The notes under the pieces are model-generated. The model ran no database searches. It was given only the letters and a program-made list of their open reading frames with translations, and had not been told where the DNA came from. From an uncultured Ignavibacteriales bacterium (lineage in GTDB: Bacteria; Zixibacteria; MSB-5A5; GN15; FEB-12), in assembly GCA_964464605.1 (NCBI GenBank), contig CAYXJN010000003.1, forward strand, positions 1 through 64,000: a stretch of DNA of 64,000 bases. Direction: 5' to 3'. Of this stretch, positions 9,930-21,495 are shown one piece after another. Every line of letters starts with the position of its first letter. Position 1 is the stretch's first letter. A program made the position numbers and the translations under genes.

Positions 9930-10013
9930 GCCGAAGTGGTGAAATTGGTAGACGCGCTGCGTTCAGGGCGCAGTTCCCGCAAGGGAGTGGGGGTTCGAGT
10001 CCCCCCTTCGGCA
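9930..10013 (+). tRNA. tRNA-Leu(CAG), CCA not encoded
   Basis: Acceptor stem GCCGAAG/CTTCGGC, anticodon stem CTGCG-ttCAGgg-CGCAG, long variable arm, GGTTCGAGTCC T-arm. Confidence 0.96.
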
Positions 10014-10032
10014 GTTAGTACAAAGACCTCGC

Positions 10033-10650
10033 ATGAATTCATCCACACCAAAACGCAAAATCGCTGTCTTACTCTGGCATAACGCCGAGTTGCTTGATTT
10101 TGCCGGGCCGATTGAAGTGTTCACTGCCGCCGACACACTGGCAACCAAACAGGGTTTACAGGGTTTCGAGATTTTCACGGTTTCGGCTGATGGCAAACCG
10201 CTCGTTAGCCAAAATATGCTTACTATTGTCCCGCAATACTCGATTCAAAATTGTCCCTCACATGATATCCTTATTATTCCCGGCGGAAACAGCCAATTCG
10301 CCCGTGAGCAACAAGCGTTGCTTGATTTTATTATCCAACAGCGTAATCGCAATACGTTGCTCTTCTCTGTTTGCACCGGTGCGTTGCTACTGGCAAAAGC
10401 AGGCGTATTAAAAGGATTAAAAGCGACGACGTACTATTTACAATTCGATGAACTGCAATCTCTCTCCCCGGAAACAACTGTGCTTCGTGATAAACGAGTA
10501 GTCGATAACGGCTCCATTATTACCGCAGCCGGGGTATCTGCCGGTATTGATGCCAGTCTCTACCTCGTTTCAAAACTGACTAATCCTGAAATCGCAAAAG
10601 CGACCGCGCAATACATGGAATACAATTGGTATGCAGACTCCCTATCTTGA
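10033..10650 (+). CDS. DJ-1/PfpI family protein
   Basis: ELLDFAGPIEVF, IPGG, SVCTGA, ITAAGVSAGID. Confidence 0.92.
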   Translation: MNSSTPKRKIAVLLWHNAELLDFAGPIEVFTAADTLATKQGLQGFEIFTVSADGKPLVSQNMLTIVPQYSIQNCPSHDILIIPGGNSQFAREQQALLDFIIQQRNRNTLLFSVCTGALLLAKAGVLKGLKATTYYLQFDELQSLSPETTVLRDKRVVDNGSIITAAGVSAGIDASLYLVSKLTNPEIAKATAQYMEYNWYADSLS

Positions 10651-11416
10651 GCCGCGATTCTATGACATCGCCTTCGATTTCCGCGATGTTCCCGCTGAAG
10701 TCGATTTCATTTTGGAAGCAGCAGAAAAATTCCTTAAAAAAAAGGCACGTCGTGCCTTAGAGTTTGCGTGCGGTCCGGCGTACCATGTTCGTGAGTTTGC
10801 ACGACGCGGAATGATTGCGCATGGCGTCGATCTATCGCAGCCGATGGTCGATTACGCGAACGACCTGATTCGCAAAGAAAATCTGAACGCGAAAATATTC
10901 TATGGGGATATGCAGACGTATCGCTCTATCGAACGATACGATATTGTGCTCAATCTGATGTGCTCGTTCGCTCACCTATTAACCAATGATGCGATTCTCG
11001 AACATTTGCGCACGACGGCTGATTTACTTGACGACGGCGGGCTGTATATTATCCAAACCGCCCATCCACGGGACTTTTTTCAGGAAGAAAAATCGGCGCA
11101 GAAACCGTACTGGACCATGACGCGCGGTGAAACAACCGTCATCACCAGCTGGGGAGCATCACAAACTATATTCGATCCGATGACCGAAATCGATGATGTC
11201 ACCGTCACCTACACCGTGACCGAAAATGAGCAATCGACAGAATATTCATCGCCTGTGCGGTTGCGCAGGTTATCGCTGCAAACTTTTCGCGCTCTTGTTG
11301 CGCAATGCGGACGATTCGATATTGTTGCGCTCGTAGGCGATATGGATCTGAATGTCCCGCTTGATTCGTCAAGCGACAGTCACTGGCTGATACCGATTTT
11401 ACAAAAACGGAAATAA
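10631..11416 (+). CDS. Class I SAM-dependent methyltransferase
   Basis: LEFACGPA motif I, GVDLS..MV, GDM, L..GGLYII. Confidence 0.88.
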   Translation: MQTPYLEPRFYDIAFDFRDVPAEVDFILEAAEKFLKKKARRALEFACGPAYHVREFARRGMIAHGVDLSQPMVDYANDLIRKENLNAKIFYGDMQTYRSIERYDIVLNLMCSFAHLLTNDAILEHLRTTADLLDDGGLYIIQTAHPRDFFQEEKSAQKPYWTMTRGETTVITSWGASQTIFDPMTEIDDVTVTYTVTENEQSTEYSSPVRLRRLSLQTFRALVAQCGRFDIVALVGDMDLNVPLDSSSDSHWLIPILQKRK

Positions 11417-11429
11417 AAGACGTTACAAA

Positions 11430-12890
11430 TCAGCAGGGAGGCGGAACAGGTCCGCTGTTAAACAGATAACTGACTAAATAGGTAAGATCGGCAACCGTTA
11501 TTCCGCCCAACCCGTTGATATTCGCCTGTTCTGTACAGGATGGTGCCGCGCCGCCGTTAAACAGATATTGCACCAGATAAGTCAAATCGGCGACGGTTAT
11601 GCCGCCGATATTATTTACATTTCCGCGTAACGTGCAGCAGGAAGGAATCGAGCATTGGCTCGGCACTCCGTTCGGCACGATTTTGTAAACGTCACCGGCG
11701 AGATCGCAAATATACATTTCACCGAAAACATCTTCACCGAATCCGACGATACTCAGCGCACCGGAGTTTAATTCGGTTGTCCGGTCGGTGAACTCGGTAA
11801 CCGAACCGCCAACGAATTTGAACGTCCAAATACGTCCTGAGCAGTAGTCACCGAAAAAGTAGGTGCCGTCCAAATCAGGAATCGCACAGCCGCGATAGAC
11901 ATACCCGCCGGTAACTGAACAATGACCGCCACTGTGTGAGTATTCATGCACCGGATCGGTCATTCCTGCAGTAATACAACCGGCCATCGGCTCGAAGCAA
12001 TGCATCCCTTCCCGGTTATCCCAGCCGTAGTTGTATTTGCCGGTACTGCTAGTCGGTTCAACGTCGATCTCTTCATAGACGTTTTGACCGACATCGGCGA
12101 TATACAAATCATAGGTCTGCCGATCGAAGCTGAAACGCCACGGGTTCCGTAACCCCATCGCCCAGATATATTGCGAGGTGTCCGGATTCCCGACATAGGG
12201 ATTACTTGGCGGCGCAGTCGGGTGATTGTCGACATCTATGCGAAGCATTTTCCCTAACAATGAAAGCGGGTTCTGCGCCCGATCTCCCGGATCACCAGCA
12301 TCGCCGCCGTCCCCCATACCGATGTACAGATAGCCATCATCACCAAACGCAATCATCCCGCCGTTATGGTTGGAAAAGGGCTGATCTATTTCCATGAGGA
12401 CGACTTCCGATGCGAAGATTGCGCTGTCAGGATCGCTGCTGACGGAATACCGGGCAATTCTGGTATCGCCGCCGCTGTTGTCGGTATAGTTCACATAAAA
12501 ATATCCGTTACTGGCATAGTTCGGGTGAAAAGCCAAACCTAACAACCCCCGCTCACCTCCGCTGATAAGTCGGGTCGCTATATTCAAAAAGGGGCGGGAA
12601 AGTACACCGGTCGCACTGTCCAGCCGGTGAATCCAAATTTGTCCATCCTGATCGACAATAAAAATACGGTCAGAATCATTCGGAGCGTGGGTAACAAGCA
12701 TTGGCGCATCAACTCCGGAAGAAACAATGAGCTGTTTGGTGAGCGGTGTGCCGCCGGAGGCTTTCCGGGTTGTACCGGTGGCTCGACCTTCGGCTTTTTG
12801 CTGCTGGTGGACCACAAGCGTATTGGCATCAGCAAACACCGATGATAGTGCCAACAATATCCCCGCTATCATGATATAAACAAATCGCAT
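11430..12890 (-). CDS. Secreted PQQ-dependent sugar dehydrogenase (GSDH family) with a C-terminal dockerin-like domain
   Basis: Signal peptide, GERGLLGLAFHP, NHNGG, GKMLRIDVD, GLRNPWRFSFD, DVGQ...EE. The tail is a duplicated GGITVADLTYLV.YLF motif. Confidence 0.92.
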   Translation of the reverse strand: MRFVYIMIAGILLALSSVFADANTLVVHQQQKAEGRATGTTRKASGGTPLTKQLIVSSGVDAPMLVTHAPNDSDRIFIVDQDGQIWIHRLDSATGVLSRPFLNIATRLISGGERGLLGLAFHPNYASNGYFYVNYTDNSGGDTRIARYSVSSDPDSAIFASEVVLMEIDQPFSNHNGGMIAFGDDGYLYIGMGDGGDAGDPGDRAQNPLSLLGKMLRIDVDNHPTAPPSNPYVGNPDTSQYIWAMGLRNPWRFSFDRQTYDLYIADVGQNVYEEIDVEPTSSTGKYNYGWDNREGMHCFEPMAGCITAGMTDPVHEYSHSGGHCSVTGGYVYRGCAIPDLDGTYFFGDYCSGRIWTFKFVGGSVTEFTDRTTELNSGALSIVGFGEDVFGEMYICDLAGDVYKIVPNGVPSQCSIPSCCTLRGNVNNIGGITVADLTYLVQYLFNGGAAPSCTEQANINGLGGITVADLTYLVSYLFNSGPVPPPC

Positions 12891-13095
12891 AGGAGTCCTC
12901 CTGATCGGCGTGATGACACGCGTGATGTGTACGATATATCGATGCTCTTGCGCATCGCCATTCCCAGTATATCAAATATACACCAAAACCGGGAAATGGC
13001 TACAAAGAATCGGTACGGGCTTAAACGGTTACCCGTCCAACTTCGTCGATTAACCCGTTGACAATGCAACAGTAAAGTGTGGTATATTGGGCTCC

Positions 13096-13986
13096 GTGCT
13101 AACAAAACTGAAACAGACTCTTTTCATCGTGCTGTCATCTGCCATTGTGTTGGCACTCTTTGTTGGTACTGCCGTTGCGCAAACTGAAACTGAACCCACC
13201 TCCCTTTTCCGATCGGAACGAACCAATATACTCATTGTCGTTATCCTATATTCTATAGCAGTTATCATTTTTACCCGTTTGGCACAGATGGGCAAATCGC
13301 TCTATATCCGTAAAATCGCCGGACTCGATGCGATTGAAGAAGCAGTCGGCCGGGCGACCGAAATGGGAAAACCGGTTCTGTTTATTCCCGGTCTGCAGGA
13401 ACTCGATGAAATCGAAACGATAGCCGGTGTCTCTATTTTAGGACGAGTCGCCAAAATTACTGCACAATACGAAACGCCGCTGTTAGTCCCCGTCCGATAC
13501 CCGTTGGTCATGGCCGCAGGTCAGGAAGTAGTCGAAAACGCCTACCGGGAAGCGGGGAAACCGGATGCGTACAACAAAGACTCCGTTCGCTACGTAGCCG
13601 GTGAGCAGATGGCCTTTGCCGCAACGGTAAACGGGATGATGATGCGCGAGCGGCCAGCTGCGAACATATTCATGGGCGCTTTCTTCGCTGAGTCCCTTTT
13701 GCTTGCCGAAACCGGCAATGCCGCCGGTTCAATTCAGATTGCCGGAACAGCCCGGCCGGAACAGCTTCCTTTCTTTGTTGCTACCTGCGATTACACCCTG
13801 ATGGGCGAAGAACTCTACGCCGCCTCTGCGTATCTCTCCCACGAACCGCTCATGCTCGGCGGTCTTAAAGGACAGGACTTTGCAAAAGTTGCTATTGTCA
13901 TTTTGATAATCATTGGTGTGAGCCTCATGACGACCGGAAACGGTGAATGGTTCCTTTCGCTCTTTGCACAGGATGGTGGCCATTGA
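13096..13986 (+). CDS. DUF6754-like membrane protein
   Basis: IRKIAGLDAIEEAVGRATEMGKPV, AESLLLAETG, QLPFFV..CDYTLMGEELYAASAYL. Start is probably GTG 13096 (ORF track gives 13087). Confidence 0.75.
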   Translation: MLTKLKQTLFIVLSSAIVLALFVGTAVAQTETEPTSLFRSERTNILIVVILYSIAVIIFTRLAQMGKSLYIRKIAGLDAIEEAVGRATEMGKPVLFIPGLQELDEIETIAGVSILGRVAKITAQYETPLLVPVRYPLVMAAGQEVVENAYREAGKPDAYNKDSVRYVAGEQMAFAATVNGMMMRERPAANIFMGAFFAESLLLAETGNAAGSIQIAGTARPEQLPFFVATCDYTLMGEELYAASAYLSHEPLMLGGLKGQDFAKVAIVILIIIGVSLMTTGNGEWFLSLFAQDGGH

Positions 13987-14645
13987 GAAAAGCATTGCCG
14001 ATAGCGGTCGCCTTCATTACCGGAATGATTTTAGTTATCTCCTTCTTTACGCCGGAACAAGGGACGGCGATGGGTACCATGCGCGCGCAGGTGCTGTTGT
14101 GGGGAAGCATTATCAGCGGATTCACGCTTGTTTTGGGCCTTGTTTCACTCTGGCGCGTTAATATCAACGCCGTTCAAGCGAAGAAAAAAGATTGGGGCTT
14201 TAAATTAATCACGTTGATAGCGGCGATTATTATGGGCGTTCCAGCTCTTTTGCCAAGTTCCTGGAGTCCGTTGTTCGGACGCAACACCAGTTCCATATAC
14301 GATTGGCTTTTCACCTATCTCAGTACCCCGATGAGCCAAACTATGTTCGCTATTTTAGCATTTTATATCGCATCGGCGGCCTATCGCGCCTTTCGCACCC
14401 GATCTGCGGAAGCAACGCTGTTATTGATTACGGCTTGCATCGTCATGTTCTGGCGCGTACCGATGGGGGAAGCAGTGTTGCGATCTATATCAGACGGTTT
14501 ACCTGATTTTATCAACCAGTATATCATGAACGGCGTCAATTTATCCGTTCAGCGGGCGATTTTAATTGGCGCATCACTCGGCGCAACCGCCAACTCACTG
14601 CGCATTCTACTTGGCATTGAACGTACGTATATGGGGCGGGGATAA
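13983..14645 (+). CDS. Polytopic membrane protein of the DUF6754 cluster
   Basis: About 6 hydrophobic segments, FYIASAAYRAFR, LRILLGIER. TTG start overlaps the upstream TGA. Confidence 0.75.
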   Translation: MRKALPIAVAFITGMILVISFFTPEQGTAMGTMRAQVLLWGSIISGFTLVLGLVSLWRVNINAVQAKKKDWGFKLITLIAAIIMGVPALLPSSWSPLFGRNTSSIYDWLFTYLSTPMSQTMFAILAFYIASAAYRAFRTRSAEATLLLITACIVMFWRVPMGEAVLRSISDGLPDFINQYIMNGVNLSVQRAILIGASLGATANSLRILLGIERTYMGRG

Positions 14646-15479
14646 ATGGGTTTCTGGAATCGCCTTGCGTCAATAGATCGTCGCTGGATCTACATACTTA
14701 TCGCAATCAGTGTACTTTTCCCGCTGATCGTTCCGATCCATTTTCCTATCGGTACTTCATCGGAAACAAAGAGCGCATACGATTCAGTGGAAGCGATTCC
14801 GGATTCATCAGTCGTCATGCTGACATTTGATGTGTATCCGAACGCATTAGCCGAAACAGAACCGATGGCAACCGCGGCGCTGCATCAGATGTTCCGCAAA
14901 AACTGCAAAGTCGTCACGGTTACTACTATTCCCTTCGGAGGACCATCTATCGCTGAGCGAGTGACTCGGAAACTCGCCGCTGAATACGGCAAAACTTATG
15001 GCGTGGATTTTGTCAATTTAGGATACAAGCCAAATTACACGGCCGTACTGAGCGGAATGGGGAATTCGATCGAAATGATTTACCCTTCTGACAATTCCGG
15101 AACCCCTCTTTCTCAATTGCCGCTCATGCAAACCGTCAAGAACTACAATGACATCAAATTCATTTTCATCGTCGCGGACAACGGTATCGTCGATACCTGG
15201 GTTTCAATTGTAAATGCGCAATATCATGTTCCCATGTGCGCCGGCGTAACCGCCGTCCAGGCACCCAAACTGTACTCATTTGTCGGATCAGGTCAATTGA
15301 CCGGTCTGTTGGCGGGCATGAAGGGGGCGGCAGAATATGAGCAGTTAGCTGAAAAACCGTGGATTGCCGTCAGTGGCATGAGTATGCAATCGCTCGTGCA
15401 TCTTTTGGTCATCGCGCTTGTCGTAATCGGCAATATCGATTACTTGTTAACCCGTAGACGCAATAAGCAGCAGGTATAA
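14646..15479 (+). CDS. Membrane-anchored protein of the DUF6754 cluster
   Basis: N- and C-terminal TMs, YGVDFVNLGY, SGQLTGLLAGMKGAAEYE. It abuts the upstream stop. Confidence 0.75.
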   Translation: MGFWNRLASIDRRWIYILIAISVLFPLIVPIHFPIGTSSETKSAYDSVEAIPDSSVVMLTFDVYPNALAETEPMATAALHQMFRKNCKVVTVTTIPFGGPSIAERVTRKLAAEYGKTYGVDFVNLGYKPNYTAVLSGMGNSIEMIYPSDNSGTPLSQLPLMQTVKNYNDIKFIFIVADNGIVDTWVSIVNAQYHVPMCAGVTAVQAPKLYSFVGSGQLTGLLAGMKGAAEYEQLAEKPWIAVSGMSMQSLVHLLVIALVVIGNIDYLLTRRRNKQQV

Positions 15480-15482
15480 GTC

Positions 15483-16112
15483 ATGGAACTGTTGCAAATC
15501 TGGGTAGCCGCCTTTTTTACTGTTGCGATATTTTCCTTTCTCTATCGCGATAACCCGCTCTACAAATTCGCTGAGCATCTCTTTGCCGGACTGTCGGTCG
15601 GTTATTTCATCGGCCTGTACTGGCAAACAATTATTGTCGAGCAGTTGTGGGTTCCGATGACCGCTAACGGCCAATGGTTTCTCATTTTCCCCGGAATGTT
15701 AGGCCTTTTGATGTTTACTCGGTTGACGACCAAATGGGCGTGGCTTTCCCGCATCGCACTCGCCTTTGTGGTTGGCTCAACCGCCGGAATTTATTTGCTC
15801 TCTGAATTACATGGTATCGTACTTCCACAGATTCAAAACACAATGCTCTCGCTGGATGGTTCAGGCGGGATTAACGCCACGATATTGGCCATAATCCTTG
15901 TGGTCGGTGTTATTACAACCCTGTTATTTTTCTACTTCTCCCATCCGCATACCGGATTTTTAGGCGGAACGGCGAAAGTCGGCATCTGGTTTATTATGAT
16001 TTCGTTCGGCGCGCATTTCGGGTTTACTGTTATGGGTCGTATCTCGCTGCTCATCGGACGGGTCTATTTCCTCTGGAATGATTGGATTGGATCACTGCGG
16101 ACTTTATTCTGA
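15483..16112 (+). CDS. Polytopic membrane protein of the DUF6754 cluster
   Basis: FSFLYRDNPLYKFAEHLFAG, MISFGAHFGFTVMGRISLLIGR, several TMs. Confidence 0.75.
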   Translation: MELLQIWVAAFFTVAIFSFLYRDNPLYKFAEHLFAGLSVGYFIGLYWQTIIVEQLWVPMTANGQWFLIFPGMLGLLMFTRLTTKWAWLSRIALAFVVGSTAGIYLLSELHGIVLPQIQNTMLSLDGSGGINATILAIILVVGVITTLLFFYFSHPHTGFLGGTAKVGIWFIMISFGAHFGFTVMGRISLLIGRVYFLWNDWIGSLRTLF

Positions 16113-16134
16113 TTTTTGCGTATAATCGCTTAGT

Positions 16135-17238
16135 ATGCAACCTCATCCCCAACCTTCTTTTTCTGCGAGACAGCTTTTCATTGCACTCTCACTGCTGGTG
16201 ATGCTTTTCTTTGGCTGCGGCCAAAAACAGGGCTCATCGGCCTATGACACCGACAAAAACCCGGAAAATTTTCCGGAGGCTGCGCTGGCCTTAATCCGCG
16301 ATGTCGAAGGGGATCATTACAGTTCCTATAATCAAATCGTAAATGCCTTCATGGATCTCTACGAGCGACACCCCGATCTTTTGGATAACCAGGAATGGCG
16401 CACCGTTATCGGCCGAGTCGGCGTGATGTTCCGCAAAAAAGGGGATGCAAGCGCCCGTCAGGGGCTGACGCACTATCAGGAGGCGAGTGAGTATTTTTCG
16501 CTGGCGGCATCCGCCCGTGCCGATGACCCGCGCACAACGGAAGGAAGCCAGCTTTTTGCCGTTTGGGAACAGGCTGTCGCACAGGGATTGTTTCCGCAAC
16601 AGGTCACGGACGAATGGCTAAAAGGATTGACCCTGACAAAACGAATCGATTTGCTGAAGCATTTCGTGTTTCGTGATAGTCTCAGCCGAACTTTCGCACG
16701 GCAGTATTTGGCAAATCAACTGATGGATGAAGCACTTCTGCAGGAAAAAGCGGCCGGTAAATCAGGCATGACAGTTTCCCGATCAGATTCAGCTTTTCTT
16801 GCCTATATCGGACAGGTGAAAAGCTCACGGGTTGCCTCGCTTGCATCGTTTGAAAATCCGGATATAGATATTATTGCCTGTCAGCTGTTGTACATCGGAG
16901 ATAGTATCTTTGCCATAGAAACGTATTTGCGCCCAACCAAAAAGATAGACCAGAATTTTCTTATTTCCCTCAATCTGGCCAAACAGGACACAGTAAGTAC
17001 GCCGCATGTGAAAGAACCTGATTATCATATCGAGTTCTCCCCTATTCCCCAACCGACCTATTGGGAATCGGGTAAAATCGCATTGGCGGTCTGCTCGCTC
17101 AAGGTCGATTCGCCGGTCGGACGGCTTTCGCTCAGCTTGGTAACACAGACCGGAGAACATGCCCGCTATATCCCGGTTGCGGGAACCGGAGCACATCAGG
17201 TAACCATGACGCCGACTATCCGCCTTCAGGGTGAATAA
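16135..17238 (+). CDS. Hypothetical lipoprotein
   Basis: Hydrophobic N-terminus ending in the lipobox-like FFGC; 367-aa ORF. Confidence 0.65.
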   Translation: MQPHPQPSFSARQLFIALSLLVMLFFGCGQKQGSSAYDTDKNPENFPEAALALIRDVEGDHYSSYNQIVNAFMDLYERHPDLLDNQEWRTVIGRVGVMFRKKGDASARQGLTHYQEASEYFSLAASARADDPRTTEGSQLFAVWEQAVAQGLFPQQVTDEWLKGLTLTKRIDLLKHFVFRDSLSRTFARQYLANQLMDEALLQEKAAGKSGMTVSRSDSAFLAYIGQVKSSRVASLASFENPDIDIIACQLLYIGDSIFAIETYLRPTKKIDQNFLISLNLAKQDTVSTPHVKEPDYHIEFSPIPQPTYWESGKIALAVCSLKVDSPVGRLSLSLVTQTGEHARYIPVAGTGAHQVTMTPTIRLQGE

Positions 17239-17328
17239 GCCGGTTTTCCGCTTACAATTCAGCCAGATATGGCTTGTCAATCAGGCCGGACTTCCCTACC
17301 ATTTATCCCCTAAACAGGCGCAAACAGA

Positions 17329-18303
17329 ATGAAAATTATTATTCCTGTGGCCGGGGCTGGAACCCGGCTTCACCCGCATACGCTCACAGTCCCGAAACCG
17401 CTGCTTATTACCGGAAGCAAGCCGGTTATCTCCCATATTCTGGAGCCGCTGTTGTCTTTGCCTGCCGAAGAATTCGTTTTCGTGGTCGGCTACAAAGGGG
17501 AAATGATTCAGGAATACTTGAGCAGCACGTACGACAAACGAATGAGTTTTGTCATGCAGGATGAACTGCACGGACTCGGCTACGCGATTCACTTGGCGCT
17601 CAAGAAAGTCTCCGGCGGGCCAGTGCTGATTATTTTAGGGGATACGATTTTAGAGTGTAATTTTTCCGCTTTCGTCAAAGCGGGGAACTATGTACTCGGC
17701 GTACGGGAAGTGCCCGATCCGGAACGGTTCGGTATCGCCGAAATTTCCGAGGGAAAAATAACCGGACTGGAAGAAAAACCGAAACGACCGAAAACGAACA
17801 TGGCAGTTATCGGACTTTATTACTTTGCTGACAGTACCCGCTTGAAAAAAGAACTGGAAGCGTTAGTACAATCCGGAAAACGGAGCGGCGGCGAGATTCA
17901 GTTAACCGATGCCCTTCAGAACATGATTAAAAACGGAACCGAGTTTGTTCCGTTCAATATCTCCGGCTGGTATGACTGCGGCAAAAAAGAAACGTTGATT
18001 ACCACCAGTGAATACCTGCTCGGCAAACTTCCCCAACCCATTCCGCCTGCCGGTTCTGAGTATATCACGCCGCTGTATGTCTCCCCGTCAGCCAAAATTG
18101 TTCGCTCGGTAATTGGACCGAATGTTTCGATTATGGAAAACGCGACGGTAATCGATTCAAAAATTTCTCATTCGATTATCGCTAAGGGAGCGAAAATAGA
18201 ACAGATGCAGATGCATCACGCCCTTGTCGGACCGGGTGCAATAGTGAATGGCCAAAAGCAAAGCGCCACGGTCGATAAGATGGCAATTTCCGATTATGTA
18301 TAA
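17329..18303 (+). CDS. Sugar-phosphate nucleotidyltransferase (glucose-1-P thymidylyltransferase-like, with a C-terminal beta-helix)
   Basis: IIPVAGAGTRL.P.T...PKPL, LGD, FGIAE, EEKP, WYDCG. Confidence 0.9.
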   Translation: MKIIIPVAGAGTRLHPHTLTVPKPLLITGSKPVISHILEPLLSLPAEEFVFVVGYKGEMIQEYLSSTYDKRMSFVMQDELHGLGYAIHLALKKVSGGPVLIILGDTILECNFSAFVKAGNYVLGVREVPDPERFGIAEISEGKITGLEEKPKRPKTNMAVIGLYYFADSTRLKKELEALVQSGKRSGGEIQLTDALQNMIKNGTEFVPFNISGWYDCGKKETLITTSEYLLGKLPQPIPPAGSEYITPLYVSPSAKIVRSVIGPNVSIMENATVIDSKISHSIIAKGAKIEQMQMHHALVGPGAIVNGQKQSATVDKMAISDYV

Positions 18304-18339
18304 CCTGAAAAAATCAGCTAACGAGATAGAGGAGTAAAC

Positions 18340-19503
18340 ATGTCCGGGTCTAATTTTCTTTTTACTTCAGAATCAGTAACTGAAGGACACCCAGACAAAG
18401 TCTGTGACCAGATATCCGATGCCGTTCTGGATGAAGTACTCAGACAGGATCGCACCGGCCGTGTCGCCTGCGAAACATTCGCAACGGTCGGCATGGTCAT
18501 TGTCGGCGGCGAAATCACTACTAATGCCTATGTCGATGTCGATAAAACCGTTCGTGGCGTAATCAAAGATATCGGCTATGACAAACTCGATTACGGTTTC
18601 ACCTACAGTGACTGCGCCGTGCTGAATGCGATTCGCCCGCAATCCCCTGATATCGCGCAGGGTGTCGATACTGGCGGCGCAGGCGATCAGGGGCTTATGC
18701 TTGGTTACGCCTGTCGCGAAACCAAAGAGCTGATGCCGCTGCCGATCATGCTTGCGCAAAAGCTCTGTCAACGTCTGGCCTATGTGCGCAAAAAAGAGAT
18801 TCTCAAATATCTCGCGCCGGATGGCAAATCGCAGGTGTCGGTGCAGTATATCGACGGCAAACCGCGCCGGGTCGATACGGTTGTTATTTCCACACAGCAC
18901 ACCCCCGCGATTCTCGACAAGACCGGCAAGAAAATCACGAACGCGGCGCGTGAAGAGATTATCGAAAAAATCATTAAGCCGATCATTCCGGCCAAAATGC
19001 TCGACAAGAAAACCAAGTTTCACGTCAATCCAACCGGCAAGTTCGTTATCGGCGGACCCCAGTCGGATACCGGTGTTACCGGCCGAAAAATTATCGTCGA
19101 TACCTACGGCGGTATGGCGGCGCACGGCGGTGGTGCATTCTCCGGTAAAGACCCGACAAAAGTTGATCGCTCCGCCTGCTACATGGCGCGTTACATTGCG
19201 AAAAACGTCGTCGCCGCAGGCTTGGCCGACAAATGCACGATTCAGGTCGCCTATGCTATCGGTGTGGCTGATCCGGTTTCACTGACAGTCTTCACTGACG
19301 GCACCAACAAGATCCCGGAATCACGCGTTGAAAAATTGATTCGCAAACATTTCGATCTGACTCCGCGCGGAATTATAAAAACCCTCAACCTGCGCCGTCC
19401 GATCTACCGCAAAACAGCAGCGTACGGACATTTCGGACGCACCGAAAAAGAGTTTACCTGGGAAAAAACAGACAAGGCAAACGCCTTAGCTAAAAACGCA
19501 TAA
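18340..19503 (+). CDS. metK: S-adenosylmethionine synthetase
   Basis: [46 protein letters not shown]. Confidence 0.99.
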   Translation: MSGSNFLFTSESVTEGHPDKVCDQISDAVLDEVLRQDRTGRVACETFATVGMVIVGGEITTNAYVDVDKTVRGVIKDIGYDKLDYGFTYSDCAVLNAIRPQSPDIAQGVDTGGAGDQGLMLGYACRETKELMPLPIMLAQKLCQRLAYVRKKEILKYLAPDGKSQVSVQYIDGKPRRVDTVVISTQHTPAILDKTGKKITNAAREEIIEKIIKPIIPAKMLDKKTKFHVNPTGKFVIGGPQSDTGVTGRKIIVDTYGGMAAHGGGAFSGKDPTKVDRSACYMARYIAKNVVAAGLADKCTIQVAYAIGVADPVSLTVFTDGTNKIPESRVEKLIRKHFDLTPRGIIKTLNLRRPIYRKTAAYGHFGRTEKEFTWEKTDKANALAKNA

Positions 19504-19514
19504 ACGATGAGTAA

Positions 19515-20783
<1,269 letters not shown>

Positions 20784-20798
20784 TCGGTGTTGCCGATT

Positions 20799-21494
20799 TT
20801 ATTGTCTTCTCTCGAGTTCGTCGATGCCACTTTCAATTGTCTGTAAAATCTCAATCAATGAGCCGGAGCGTTCACCCGCTCCGGCAAATACTGCGACATG
20901 CAGTACTAATGCCGACATCTCCAAACAAATCCGCACATCGACTAATAACAAAGAAGTGACAAACGATTTCAGTGTGTCATCGACTTGCTCGACTGCGCTG
21001 ATTTGATACAACAAATCAAGCCGCTGCGGATGCAATCCGTGCATTTCGTTGATCGCAGCGAAATGGGTTAGTTTGGCTGGTGATGCGGAGTTTCGTATTC
21101 CGGCAGCTGCCTGCTGACGATGCGCTTCGGCTAATATTTTCGACAGATCAGTACGCGTCGGTTTTCCATCCGACCAGTCTTGAAATGCGCCGTCTGCATA
21201 GCAAAACTGCGCCGCTTTACCGAGCAACTCCTGCTGCCATGCGGCTATTCCTGTTGCGGCGGCCAATTGTCCGTTGTAGGCGTTATTGAACATCGCCTCG
21301 GAAAGCTCGATATGCAAAAGCGCGAACTGCTCAAACGTACTTTCCAATTCGCTCAGTTGTCCGTTGCGTCGGACAATCAGATCGGAAAAGATTTCCTTTT
21401 GCAGCGCGAACATGGAAGAGCGCAGCGATAAATACGCCCCCGCTTCCCGTTCGATAAAAACAGCTATCTCTTGTCGTACAGCGTCATCAAGCAT
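20799..21494 (-). CDS. Hypothetical protein
   Basis: 231-aa ORF starting 1 nt after the lptG stop; helical composition, no recognised motif. Confidence 0.6.
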   Translation of the reverse strand: MLDDAVRQEIAVFIEREAGAYLSLRSSMFALQKEIFSDLIVRRNGQLSELESTFEQFALLHIELSEAMFNNAYNGQLAAATGIAAWQQELLGKAAQFCYADGAFQDWSDGKPTRTDLSKILAEAHRQQAAAGIRNSASPAKLTHFAAINEMHGLHPQRLDLLYQISAVEQVDDTLKSFVTSLLLVDVRICLEMSALVLHVAVFAGAGERSGSLIEILQTIESGIDELERRQ

Positions 21495-21495
21495 C

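Noticed and set aside
9930..11416. tRNA-Leu as a second integration site
   Set aside because: No integrase nearby and no duplicated tRNA-Leu 3' end was seen in the window.
18304..18339. SAM riboswitch upstream of metK
   Set aside because: The intergenic gap is only 36 nt and contains just an SD.
18373..19125. 250-aa antisense ORF
   Set aside because: It lies entirely opposite metK and is a codon-bias shadow with no motifs.
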